The position numbers and the translations under genes are program-made. Shown in pieces: positions 50,494-60,672 of a stretch of 64,000 bases of DNA; within the stretch, counting starts at the first letter, position 1, and the number at the start of each line of letters is the position of its first letter. Source of the DNA: Methanosarcinales archaeon (lineage in GTDB: Archaea; Halobacteriota; Methanosarcinia; Methanosarcinales; Methanocomedenaceae); the NCBI GenBank assembly GCA_021108405.1, contig JAIOQW010000347.1, positions 18,486 through 82,485 on the forward strand. Direction: 5' to 3'. Under the pieces are notes generated by a model that saw nothing but the letters and a program-made list of their open reading frames with translations, was not told where the DNA came from and did no database searches.

Positions 50494-51612
50494 ATGAGAC
50501 TTCATGAATATCAATCCAAACAAATATATAGGGAATATGGCATCCCTACTCCTGATGGGATTATATGTACTACTATTAATGAAGCTGAGCAGGCTGTCAG
50601 ACAATTACATAGTGCGGTTATTAAAGCCCAGGTGCTGGTAGGAGGTAGGGGCAAAGCAGGTGGTGTCCTTAAAGCCACACAGGATAATGCGAGTAGTATT
50701 GCCGCGCAAATCTTTGGTCTTACTATCAAGGGCCTGCCAGTGCGTAAAGTGCTGGTTGAAAAAAGTATGGCAATAGCAAATGAGTACTATGTAGCAATTG
50801 TACTGGACCGCAGTACCGGATCCCCTCTATTGATGGTGAGTGCCAGTGGAGGTGTGGATATCGAAGAAGTGGCAAGGACTACACCCCATTTGATCTGTAA
50901 AAGATCTATTGACCCTTATATGGGACTTATGTCACATCAACTGCTATATATGGCAAAAAAGCTGGGAATTGATGATATAACTGCATTTTCAAAGCTTATC
51001 AGAAACCTGTATAATATATATGAAACATTTGACTGCACTTTAGTTGAGATCAATCCACTGGTATTGACGCAAAGTGGCCATATAATTGCTTTAGATGCCA
51101 AGATCAATATTGATGATAATGCACTGTTCAGACAAAAGGCTATGCAGGAACTATATATCCGGAACCAGGATGATCTTGAACCCCAGGAAGTGCAGGCCAA
51201 AAAGCTTGACATGAGCTATGTGGATATGGAAGGGAATATCGGATGTATAGTGAACGGTGCGGGACTGGCCCTGGCAACCCTTGATATGATCAGTCTTGCA
51301 GGCGGTTCGCCTGCTAATTTTATGGATGTGCGCGGTGGTGCTGATGCTTTTCATGTGGGCAGTGCCGTATCTATCACTGCATCCAATCCAGGGACTGAAT
51401 TGCTGCTTATTAATATGTTCGGAGGACTTACCCTGTGTGATGAGATCGCGCAAGGAATACATGATACGCTTAAAAAGTTGAATATTCCGGTTGTTATCAG
51501 ACTTACCGGTACTAACCAGGAGAAAGGATGGGATATCCTCCATGGTGCAAATGTGACTGTGGCACACAGCACATCAGAAGCTGCAAGGATAGCTGTGGAG
51601 ATGGTACAATGA
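50494..51612 (+). CDS. sucC: Succinyl-CoA synthetase beta subunit
   Basis: [39 protein letters not shown]. Confidence 0.92.
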   Translation: MRLHEYQSKQIYREYGIPTPDGIICTTINEAEQAVRQLHSAVIKAQVLVGGRGKAGGVLKATQDNASSIAAQIFGLTIKGLPVRKVLVEKSMAIANEYYVAIVLDRSTGSPLLMVSASGGVDIEEVARTTPHLICKRSIDPYMGLMSHQLLYMAKKLGIDDITAFSKLIRNLYNIYETFDCTLVEINPLVLTQSGHIIALDAKINIDDNALFRQKAMQELYIRNQDDLEPQEVQAKKLDMSYVDMEGNIGCIVNGAGLALATLDMISLAGGSPANFMDVRGGADAFHVGSAVSITASNPGTELLLINMFGGLTLCDEIAQGIHDTLKKLNIPVVIRLTGTNQEKGWDILHGANVTVAHSTSEAARIAVEMVQ

Positions 51613-52472
51613 GTATACTGGTAAACGAAAAAACCAGATTGATAGTCCAGGGTATTACAGGTCATGTGGGTACACTCGAAACAAGATTGATGTTAAATTC
51701 AGGTACAGAGATAGTAGCCGGGGTCACACCTAAAAAAGGTGGTAAGATAATAGAAGGAGTACCTGTGTATGATACTGTGCAGGAAGTACTTGATGAGATG
51801 AAAGCAGATACTTCCATCATTTTCGTGCCTCCGGCCCACGCAGCAGAGGCTATATTCGAAGCAGCAGAGGCTGGGATAAAACTTGTGGTATGTATCACTG
51901 AAGGTATTCCTGTGAAGGACATGGTCAAAGTGCTTCCGTATATTAAAGATAGAGATGTGAGACTCATAGGACCCAACTGTCCTGGCATTACTACACCCGG
52001 TGGAGCAAGAGTAGGTATTATGCCTGATTTTATATTCTCAAAAGGTAATGTGGGTGTGGTATCACGCAGCGGGACACTTACTTATGAGGTTGTGGACACG
52101 TTAAGTAAAGCTGGTATTGGTCAATCTACATGTGTTGGTATCGGTGGAGATCCTCTTATCGGGACAAGTTTCATTGACGCTCTTGGGATGTTTGAGGATG
52201 ATCCTGATACTTCATCTATTGTAATGATAGGTGAGATAGGAGGAACGGCCGAGCAGGAAGCAGCCGAATATATTAAGGAATATGTAAGCAAACCTGTAGT
52301 GAGCTATATAGTAGGGATAAGCGCACCCCAGGGCAAGACCATGGGACATGCCGGTGCTATCATTAGCGGTGGGGTTGGAAGTGCCAGGGAGAAGATACGG
52401 GTTCTTGAAGGGGCTGGAGTTAGTGTTGCTACGAGTCCTGAGGATATTGTAGAGAAAGAGAAAATATTATGA
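51609..52472 (+). CDS. sucD: Succinyl-CoA synthetase alpha subunit
   Basis: VQGITG, IGPNCPG, SRSGTL, GEIGG, MGHAGA. Confidence 0.94.
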   Translation: MSILVNEKTRLIVQGITGHVGTLETRLMLNSGTEIVAGVTPKKGGKIIEGVPVYDTVQEVLDEMKADTSIIFVPPAHAAEAIFEAAEAGIKLVVCITEGIPVKDMVKVLPYIKDRDVRLIGPNCPGITTPGGARVGIMPDFIFSKGNVGVVSRSGTLTYEVVDTLSKAGIGQSTCVGIGGDPLIGTSFIDALGMFEDDPDTSSIVMIGEIGGTAEQEAAEYIKEYVSKPVVSYIVGISAPQGKTMGHAGAIISGGVGSAREKIRVLEGAGVSVATSPEDIVEKEKIL

Positions 52473-52849
52473 AAACAATATTTGATAGCTATCCTTTATG
52501 GACTGTTATTCTTGCCAATATTTTTTTACTTGCGGTTTATCTTGCAGGCGCATATATAATATTTACATTAAGCCTGGTTACTGGAATTTTATATATAATA
52601 TATATCGTTCTTCTTGAGTTTTATTATCTTAAGGAAGGGTGTACCTGTTGTTGCTATTATGGCAAATTATGTGCCTTTGGTAAAGGAAGTATATCTGCAT
52701 TGTTTTTCAAGAAAGGAGATCCTGGAAAATTCTGTGAAAGAGAGCTTGGTTTTAAGGATTTTATTCCCCAGGTCCTTGTAGTGCTAATTCCATTAGTTGT
52801 GGGAACAGCTATTATTATTTCAAGAGGTTTTGATTTTTTATTTTGTTAA
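52469..52849 (+). CDS. Cys-rich membrane protein (CxxCxYYGxxC), possibly 3'-truncated
   Basis: TMs and [18 protein letters not shown] overlap with sucD. Confidence 0.6.
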   Translation: MKTIFDSYPLWTVILANIFLLAVYLAGAYIIFTLSLVTGILYIIYIVLLEFYYLKEGCTCCCYYGKLCAFGKGSISALFFKKGDPGKFCERELGFKDFIPQVLVVLIPLVVGTAIIISRGFDFLFC

Positions 52850-52864
52850 ATCTTATGTACCATC

Positions 52865-55312
52865 TCATCCTGACAGCCATATTGCTATAATCTCCTGGAG
52901 ATCTGTAGAAGACATAATATGTCCTCTTACTGGTATATCCTCTAACCAGTGATGAATAGCTTTTTGAAGTTCCACTGTAGTGACTGCACCCCCCCCTTCT
53001 GAATCTTCACCAATCCATTCATTTTTCCAATTATCATTAATTTGATTTCCACCAACTTTTATCACCCAGAAATCCTTACCACCAGCACTGTACGATTCCG
53101 TAGATCCTGCAATTATATAACCACCATCAGTAGTCTGCTGGATTGATTGTGCAAAATCATTATCAGTCCCTCCAAAGGTTTCATTCCATTGCTCGTTTCC
53201 ATTCGAATCTGTTTTCACAAGCCAGAAATAATAGGAATATTCACTACTATACGATTGTGTGGATCCTGCAATTATATAACCACCATCAATGGTTTGCTGG
53301 ACTGAGTTTGCATAATCCCTACTATTTCCTCCAAAGGTCTCGTTCCATTGCTCGTTCCCATTCGAATCGGTTTTAATAAGCCAGATATCTTCATAAAAAT
53401 TATCATCCTCCGTAATTCCAGCAATGATATAACCACTGTCAGATGTCTGCTGGACTGAGTATGCCCAATCCCCATAAGATTTTGTAAAGGTCTTATCCCA
53501 TTGCTTGTTTCCATTCGAATCTGTTTTCACAAGCCAGGAATCAGCCATACCAGCATCGTAATGAATATATCCTGCAATGATATAGCCACCATCAGTGGTC
53601 TGCTGAACAGAAGATGCTTTATCTTCATAAATTCCTCCAAATGTTTTGTTCCATTGCTCGTTTCCATTCAAATCTGTTTTCACAAGCCAAAAATCACCTT
53701 CATTAACATCGTACGAGGACGTATATCCTGCAATTATATAACCACCATCAATAGTCTGCTGAACAGAAGATGCCTCTTCCCAGGCAGTTCCTCCAAATGT
53801 CTCGTTCCATTGTTCGTTTCCATTCGAATCCGTTTTCACAAGCCAGGAATCACTATAACCAGCACCGTACGAACACGTTGATCCTGCAAATATATAACCA
53901 CCTTCTATAGTCTGCTGGACCGAATTTGCCCAATCTCGGTTAGTTCCTCCAAATGTTTTGTTCCATTGTTCATTTCCATTCGAATCCGTTTTCACAAGCC
54001 AAGAATCACCACAACCAGCACCGTACGAGTACGTATATCCTACAATTATATAACCACCATCAGTGGTCTGCTGAACAGAGGATGCATCTTCCCAGGCAGT
54101 TCCCCCAAATGTCTTGTTCCATTGCTCGTTTCCGTTTAAATCGGTTTTCACAACCCAAAAATTCCCATAACCAACACCATACGAATACGTACGTCCTGCA
54201 ATAATATAACCGTCATCAGTAGTCTGCTGGACTGTGTTTGCAGAATCACTATTAATTCCTCCGAATGTTTTGTTCCATTGCTCGTTTCCATTCGAATCTG
54301 TTTTCACTAAACAAAAATCAGACTTATCAGCACCATACGGGTATGTATATCCTGCTATGATATAACCACCATCAGTAGTCTGCTGAACTGAGTATGCAAA
54401 ATCACCATTAGATCCACCAAATGTTTTGTTCCATTGCTCGTTTCCGTTTGAATCAATTTTCTTCAATGAAAAATCATAGCCACCAGTGCTGTACCAGTCC
54501 GTCGATCCTGCAATTATATAACCACCATCAGTGGTCTGCTGGACGGAGCATGCCTCCTCATCATAATATTCTGCAAATGTTTTGTTCCATTGCTCATTTC
54601 CATTCGAATCTGTTTTCACAATCCAGAAATCTGACCAGTAATCACTACTATACGAATACGTTTCTCCTGTAATTATATAACCACCATCAGAGGTCTGCTG
54701 GATAGAGTATGCACAATCCCGTTCCGTTCCTCCAATTGTCTTGCTCCATTGCTCATTTCCGTTCAGATCTATTTTCATCAATAGAAGATCACGATCACTA
54801 TACGACCATCTTTCTCCTGCAAGAATATAACCACCGTCAGTGGTTTGTTGAACTGAATATATATTCAACCAGTTAGATCCTACATAAGTCTTATTCCATT
54901 GCTCGTTTCCGTTTGAATCGGTCTTCACAAGCCAGAAATCACCAGAATCAACTATGTGCGTGTACGTATTTGCAATTATATAACCACCATCAATGGTCTG
55001 CTGGACAAAAGATGCGTAATTATCCTCAGTTCCATCAAAGGTCTTGCTCCATTGCTCGTTTCCATTGGAATCGGTTTTCACTAATAAATAATCATAATCA
55101 CCATTCAACCACCTATATCCTGCAAGAATATAACCACCATCAATAGTCTGTTGAATAGATGATATTTCACCCCAGGAATTTCCTCCAAAAGTCTTGTTCC
55201 ATTCTTCTTCTGGTGCCGCTCCATTAGCACATCCAATGTTTATGGATATTAGCATTAAGAATAGAAGCGCGAGCATTAATATTAATTTGAATGTTCTTTT
55301 TACACTATTCAT
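52865..55312 (-). CDS. Secreted protein of 14 tandem ~52-aa beta-propeller blades with a short helical C-terminal module
   Basis: Unit WNKTFGG...SVQQTTDGGYIIAG...DFWLVKTDSNGNEQ x14; signal peptide. Confidence 0.88.
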   Translation of the reverse strand: MNSVKRTFKLILMLALLFLMLISINIGCANGAAPEEEWNKTFGGNSWGEISSIQQTIDGGYILAGYRWLNGDYDYLLVKTDSNGNEQWSKTFDGTEDNYASFVQQTIDGGYIIANTYTHIVDSGDFWLVKTDSNGNEQWNKTYVGSNWLNIYSVQQTTDGGYILAGERWSYSDRDLLLMKIDLNGNEQWSKTIGGTERDCAYSIQQTSDGGYIITGETYSYSSDYWSDFWIVKTDSNGNEQWNKTFAEYYDEEACSVQQTTDGGYIIAGSTDWYSTGGYDFSLKKIDSNGNEQWNKTFGGSNGDFAYSVQQTTDGGYIIAGYTYPYGADKSDFCLVKTDSNGNEQWNKTFGGINSDSANTVQQTTDDGYIIAGRTYSYGVGYGNFWVVKTDLNGNEQWNKTFGGTAWEDASSVQQTTDGGYIIVGYTYSYGAGCGDSWLVKTDSNGNEQWNKTFGGTNRDWANSVQQTIEGGYIFAGSTCSYGAGYSDSWLVKTDSNGNEQWNETFGGTAWEEASSVQQTIDGGYIIAGYTSSYDVNEGDFWLVKTDLNGNEQWNKTFGGIYEDKASSVQQTTDGGYIIAGYIHYDAGMADSWLVKTDSNGNKQWDKTFTKSYGDWAYSVQQTSDSGYIIAGITEDDNFYEDIWLIKTDSNGNEQWNETFGGNSRDYANSVQQTIDGGYIIAGSTQSYSSEYSYYFWLVKTDSNGNEQWNETFGGTDNDFAQSIQQTTDGGYIIAGSTESYSAGGKDFWVIKVGGNQINDNWKNEWIGEDSEGGGAVTTVELQKAIHHWLEDIPVRGHIMSSTDLQEIIAIWLSG

Positions 55313-55710
55313 TTTACTACCTCACCAATTTTTTCTACAAATCCAGATATCAATTCGAGAAGTGTTTTTTCAAAATCTTTAATTCCACCTTTTTCAATAA
55401 AAATTATAAAACTATAATAATCTTTCTATTTATTCTTAATATTTTTTTATATTTATAATAACTTCATAAGATATGGAACACTACATTAAAAAAATTGATC
55501 TTGTCTTCCCGTGCTACAGTACACCCCCCTATTAAAATTAGGATACAGATATCCAACACCCCACACAAAAAATTATATAAAAAAATACCCCTTCAGCTCA
55601 TTGTTATATAGACTCAACCAGATACAAGAACCGTAATTATCTTAGGAACTAACACATACAAAACCAAAGGACATATCACTCCAGATTCCAATTCAGTCAA
55701 AATGAACATA

Positions 55711-55848
55711 AGAACAAAATCCTCCCTTTGGTCGGATTTTTTTGACTGAAGCTCCGAAGGAGTTGAAGGTTAGAAGATTCGTAGAATCTTCGTCCGACAT
55801 TCCAGAGGAATGGAGGATTAGTAAATGCGAACGAAGTGAGCATTTACT
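55711..55848 (-). repeat. Modular hairpin element lacking A (B-C-D-E-F)
   Basis: The B variant AGTAAATGC...GCATTTACT provides the AG terminus. Confidence 0.88.
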
Positions 55849-55849
55849 A

Positions 55850-57733
55850 CTACATCCTGCGTATAAAGCTAACCACAAAGATCCCTATTAATCCCAATAA
55901 CATAGAAAATCCGGGAATAACAGGATCCTGCTTATTAGCAGAAGATGTTTGTGTCGGCGCCGGAGATATTGTCTTTAAAGGTATAGGCGTATCTGTAGTT
56001 GTCGTATTCATTTCACTTATATTAGATGATATATTTAAATTTTGAGTATTAGTAAGCTGCATTGTGGTCTTTGCAATCACTCTGGCATAATTATATTCTA
56101 CGATCTTCTGGCTGGGTGATTCAAGCGAATCTGCAAACTCATATGCACTTGCAGCCAGTACAGGTTCTATACCTGCATTCCTTACATCTTCAATAGCTAT
56201 TCTTGCCGATTCGGCACTGCGGTTGATCTTGGTATCCACATCAGCATAACCCAGCAGACTAATAGCTGTACTGGCCTGTTCTGCTGCCAGTAATGAATCA
56301 AAGATAGCTCCGCTGTAATATCCTCTTTCATATTCGATCTTGGCTCTATTAAGCGACTCTTCAGCTTCCTGTAATAGGTTCAGGAGTCCGTGCCAGCTTT
56401 CCATCTCATGAATAACAGTCTCTGTATAGATAACAACAGATGAGGCAGTACCCACATACCATCCGGCTCTGTCTTTCAATATGGTTTCTGGTGTGATAGT
56501 ATTAGAATTAGCCAGTGATAGCCACCATCCAACTGTCTGGGCTCTCATAGATGCCTGAGTAAGAATCTCAATGAACTGTTTATCGGATTCTGCGGATCTT
56601 GCATCTTCTAAGAACTGTTCTGCCATTACTACTCTGATCTCGGCAGCACCCACACTGTCCACATCCACAACCCCACCATCTTTGAATGCATCCACTTCCT
56701 GGCGACTCTCATTGATCTCCAGGGTCACCTGTTCTAATAGATTATTAAGATACTCATTTTTATCCTTAGCATTCTGGTATTCCTCGTACCATAATATGAA
56801 TTTCAGGTTCTTCAGGATCAGCAGGCCTGTATTAGTGGCTGCATAATATTGCTGATCATCATATTGTTCATATCCGTATCTTAATAGTTCTTCCTGGGAT
56901 TGTAAAGTATCAGAAAACTGCGTAGTCTCATCAAGTGCTTTGTGATATAATAGATTTGCTTCACTCAGTACATCAGCAGACAGGGGACGTAGAGTATTCA
57001 GGTATTCAGCCGACCGTATGCCCTTTGGTGGTATGGAAATATTGATCCGATTGCCTGTGAATAATTCAACTGCCTCCTGGATAGTTGCTACTTCCTCAAC
57101 ATTGATGTTTTGTTCTTTTCCTCTTTCTATCACATCTATCAGGACAGGCTCATCTTCGATCATAACAAACGGACCTCCCTGTACTGTTTTTCTATTAGGG
57201 ATCATTACTTCGGTCTGGCCTTCGGGTACAATGAATAATGTTGCACCGTGCTGAGCTGCTGCATCGAGTTTAGAAGGAATTCCCCCTACCGGTCCTATAC
57301 TGCCGTCAGGGTTTATCATACCAGTCATCACCACATCCTGTGATAACTTCCAGTTCATTATATCAGCAATAGTAGCAACAGTAAGTGCAGCACCGGCTGA
57401 GGGCCCACCAATAATAGGGGAAGTGACTTCAATAATATAATAAAAATCATATTTGGTAGGGTCGATATCTGTTATATCAGAAGCTACAAGAGTTGCCATT
57501 CTGGCTGAACCTTGCAGGTCCATCTGGGTATAGGGTTGAGTATCTACAAATACGTGGCCGCTACCAGGGGTTACAATTACTGTAGCATTCAATAATACTC
57601 CAGATTCACCATCGGGTGTAGAATATGCAGCCACTATTGGAACTGTTATTCCTTCTTCCATATTAAGTGCACACGCAGGTGTAACAAATAAGAAAATCAG
57701 GATAATAGCTAAAATGAACCTCATACCAAGCAA
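55850..57733 (-). CDS. Secreted Lon-type (S16) Ser-Lys protease with PGF-CTERM
   Basis: GGPSAG, TGMINPDGSIGPVGGIPSK, IPGF + TM + RR. Confidence 0.9.
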   Translation of the reverse strand: MLGMRFILAIILIFLFVTPACALNMEEGITVPIVAAYSTPDGESGVLLNATVIVTPGSGHVFVDTQPYTQMDLQGSARMATLVASDITDIDPTKYDFYYIIEVTSPIIGGPSAGAALTVATIADIMNWKLSQDVVMTGMINPDGSIGPVGGIPSKLDAAAQHGATLFIVPEGQTEVMIPNRKTVQGGPFVMIEDEPVLIDVIERGKEQNINVEEVATIQEAVELFTGNRINISIPPKGIRSAEYLNTLRPLSADVLSEANLLYHKALDETTQFSDTLQSQEELLRYGYEQYDDQQYYAATNTGLLILKNLKFILWYEEYQNAKDKNEYLNNLLEQVTLEINESRQEVDAFKDGGVVDVDSVGAAEIRVVMAEQFLEDARSAESDKQFIEILTQASMRAQTVGWWLSLANSNTITPETILKDRAGWYVGTASSVVIYTETVIHEMESWHGLLNLLQEAEESLNRAKIEYERGYYSGAIFDSLLAAEQASTAISLLGYADVDTKINRSAESARIAIEDVRNAGIEPVLAASAYEFADSLESPSQKIVEYNYARVIAKTTMQLTNTQNLNISSNISEMNTTTTDTPIPLKTISPAPTQTSSANKQDPVIPGFSMLLGLIGIFVVSFIRRM

Positions 57734-57766
57734 TATATGGTATGATAGTAATAAATGTTATGGAAG

Positions 57767-57976
57767 AGAACAAAATCATCGCTAACCCTTGGATTTTCTT
57801 GACCGACATTCCAAAGGAATGGAGGATTAGAAGATTCATAGAATCTTCGCCTGAGGCTCTGGAAGAGCCGAAGATAAAAATGTGAACGGAGTGAGCATTT
57901 TCGATACTGAAGCTTCGAAGAAGCTGAAGAATAGAAAATACGAAGTGTTTTCGATTCAAGTATAACTTGATATACT
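57767..57976 (-). repeat. Modular hairpin element with shuffled modules (A-G-E-B-E'-D-C-F)
   Basis: All module types are present, in a different order from 1013-1177. Confidence 0.85.
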
Positions 57977-58028
57977 ATTAAAAATGAAAATATATTAATA
58001 GTTGATCCTCTATTTATTACTATATAAC

Positions 58029-58841
58029 ATGCCAGAGCTTGAATATATAATATTTACTGATATGGATGGCACTCTAATAGACCATAATACCTATTCATAT
58101 AGAGATGCTTTACCGGCTTTAAGACTTATTAGTAAAAAGAATATCCCGCTTATCTTCTGTACCAGTAAGACAAAAGCAGAGTTAGAGGTTTATTGCGATG
58201 AATTGAACATCCACCATCCATTAATACCTGAAAATGGTGGTGCTATATTCATTCCTGAGGATTATTTTAATTTCCCTTATAAATATGATAAAAAAATTGA
58301 TAATTACCATGTCATCGAATTAGGAGAACAATATGAAATATTAAGAAGTATCCTCACAGAAATAAGCACTATGATAGATTGTAAAGTTATCGGGTTCGGG
58401 GATATGGATATAGACCAGATCTGCCTGGAATGCGGTTTGGACAGACAATCTGCTGCCTTTGCAATGAAACGTGACTATGATGAGGCATTTATTATATTAA
58501 GCCCTCCTGAGAAAGCTGTACAATTGGAACAGGAGATCCTGAATAAAGGCTATAATTATACCAAAGGTGGTCGGTTTCATCATATAATGGGCTGTAACGA
58601 TAAAGGCCGCTCAGTTTCAATCCTCAGTGACCTTTACAGGCAACAATGGTCAAATATAAAGACCATAGGTTTGGGTGACAGCCTTAATGACCTGCCAATG
58701 CTCAAGGTTGTTGACATAGGCATACTGGTACAAAAACCAGGAGGGATATATGACCCTGCTGTTACTGATCCTTCTATTAAAAAGGGGAATGGCATAGGTC
58801 CAGCAGGATGGAATAAGGAACTTATTAGTATCTTGAAATAA
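58029..58841 (+). CDS. Glucosyl/mannosyl-3-phosphoglycerate phosphatase (HAD IIB, GpgP/MpgP)
   Basis: FTDMDGTL, CTSKT, ENGG, GGRFHH, DKG, GDSLND. Confidence 0.9.
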   Translation: MPELEYIIFTDMDGTLIDHNTYSYRDALPALRLISKKNIPLIFCTSKTKAELEVYCDELNIHHPLIPENGGAIFIPEDYFNFPYKYDKKIDNYHVIELGEQYEILRSILTEISTMIDCKVIGFGDMDIDQICLECGLDRQSAAFAMKRDYDEAFIILSPPEKAVQLEQEILNKGYNYTKGGRFHHIMGCNDKGRSVSILSDLYRQQWSNIKTIGLGDSLNDLPMLKVVDIGILVQKPGGIYDPAVTDPSIKKGNGIGPAGWNKELISILK

Positions 58842-58904
58842 AATGTATTTATTTATGTATTTATGTATTTATACATTCTTAAAAAAAATTTGGTGTGATG
58901 AAGT

Positions 58905-59432
58905 ATGATTCGACTCGGCAGCATGTTGCCCCAAGCTTTTATGATCGGCATAATAGAAATGGTTAATGAAGCCGGTCCTGAGAAGACCGCAGAATGGCTT
59001 ACGAATATAGGTAAGGAAATGGCAAAAACTCAGGGCCCAGGACTTGAAGGAAGTCCTTTGGACGGACTGAATTACCTGCCTTTTTGCCCATTTGCAGATG
59101 AATTAATACGTTTTATTGATATATTTGGCGAGCACCCTGAAGAATTTTTAAAAATTGTGCAATATGCGAAAGAACGAGAAGCTGAAGATAAGAATAAAGT
59201 AGAATGTCCGGCAGTTGCTACATTTATTTGCTTGCTTCATAATGCATACAGGAAAAAAAGAGCCAAAATGGCAGGTTATGAAACAATACACCTTGCTTGT
59301 AAAGCTATAATGCCCAGTGCTCCAACAGCTTATAATGAAGAAGCAATTAAAGTAGCAGGCATAACAAAAGAAGAAGTTGATAATATCCTTCAAAAGGGAT
59401 CATGTATTTTTAAATTCATTAAAAAGGAGTGA
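58905..59432 (+). CDS. Cys-containing V4R/MetOD1-like protein
   Basis: IGKEMA helix and CPF...CLLH...AC...CIF spacing. Confidence 0.5.
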   Translation: MIRLGSMLPQAFMIGIIEMVNEAGPEKTAEWLTNIGKEMAKTQGPGLEGSPLDGLNYLPFCPFADELIRFIDIFGEHPEEFLKIVQYAKEREAEDKNKVECPAVATFICLLHNAYRKKRAKMAGYETIHLACKAIMPSAPTAYNEEAIKVAGITKEEVDNILQKGSCIFKFIKKE

Positions 59433-59438
59433 TCTTCT

Positions 59439-60668
59439 TTGGATATTAGCGAAGCTGACAAATTATATGAGAATTGTGTTAAAATCCTCAAAGAGAACCA
59501 GCACCCGAACGGTGGGTTCTATGCCAGCCCTCCCGGAACAAGGTATCCCTTCATTTATCCGCGCGACCATTCTATTTGTATTCTCGGGGCTATCTCTGCA
59601 GATCTTTTAAAAGAAGCAAAACACGGTCTTGAGTTCATGCTGGCAGCCCAGAAACCTTCCGGGGAATTCAGCCAGCGTTATGATGTGGATGGGAACGATA
59701 CCAGTTACAAGGACCTGCAAATAGATGGCAATGGTTTAATCCTTTATGCTCTGAACCAGTACCTTAAGGCCACTGGTGGACTGTTCTATGACAGCCTTGC
59801 CGACAAGGCTTTTTGTAACCAGTACTGGGAAGCCATTGAAAAAGCTGTGGAATTCATACTTATAAATAAAAACAATGAAGTGGACCTTATTCATACCATA
59901 AACAGTATACATGAATATCCTGCTTACGAGCACGGTTTTGAGATATATGCCAATTGCACATGCTGTACCGGCCTTTTTGGAGCTATTGAGATAGGCGAGG
60001 CTCTTGGTAAGGATGTTGATGAATGGAAACAGCAGGCGCAACAGATAAGACTGGCAATACTTGAGAGGCTGTACAGTCCGAGGCGCAGGTCCTTTATAAA
60101 ATGCATCAGAGTAAAATATAAAAGCAGCGAGCCAATCGGATATGACGCTTTTGCCTCATCCGTAATAGATGTAGACGCTGTAGAATATTCTCCTGCCCAT
60201 TTCGGGCTTATCGATGAACATGACCTGAGGAATGTAAAGACCATAAAACGTATCCATGAGAAGCTCTGGGATAAAGAACTGGGTGGGTTGAACCGCTATC
60301 CAGAGCTCTGGAACCGCAATAATGGCGGTTACGGGCCGTGGTGCCATTTCACCTGCCAGCTTTCTAACCATTACACTGCTATCGGAGATCAGGATATGGC
60401 AGAAAAATATCTATGGTGGGTAGTGGAAATGGCACACGATCATATGCTGCCTGAGCATATATCAACAGTAGAACGCTTCGAGATGTGGCTGGAAGATTAC
60501 AGCAATGCCAGGATATTAAGGGACAGCAAACTCACTATGATCGAGAATGTCAGATCACACCCTAAATGGAAAGAAGGTTTTGCTTATGTTACTATGCCGC
60601 TCATCTGGCCACATGCTGAATTTATCAGGGCATATAATAATTATAAGAATAAATTTATTAAAAGATAA
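59439..60668 (+). CDS. Glycoside hydrolase family 15-like (alpha/alpha)6 protein
   Basis: YPRD, QIDG, IHE, GLNRY, LPEH, PLIWPHAEF. Confidence 0.8.
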   Translation: MDISEADKLYENCVKILKENQHPNGGFYASPPGTRYPFIYPRDHSICILGAISADLLKEAKHGLEFMLAAQKPSGEFSQRYDVDGNDTSYKDLQIDGNGLILYALNQYLKATGGLFYDSLADKAFCNQYWEAIEKAVEFILINKNNEVDLIHTINSIHEYPAYEHGFEIYANCTCCTGLFGAIEIGEALGKDVDEWKQQAQQIRLAILERLYSPRRRSFIKCIRVKYKSSEPIGYDAFASSVIDVDAVEYSPAHFGLIDEHDLRNVKTIKRIHEKLWDKELGGLNRYPELWNRNNGGYGPWCHFTCQLSNHYTAIGDQDMAEKYLWWVVEMAHDHMLPEHISTVERFEMWLEDYSNARILRDSKLTMIENVRSHPKWKEGFAYVTMPLIWPHAEFIRAYNNYKNKFIKR

Positions 60669-60672
60669 CAGA

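Noticed and set aside
52865..55312. Diversity-generating retroelement target
   Set aside because: No reverse transcriptase or template repeat in the window, and I could not establish adenine-specific variation.
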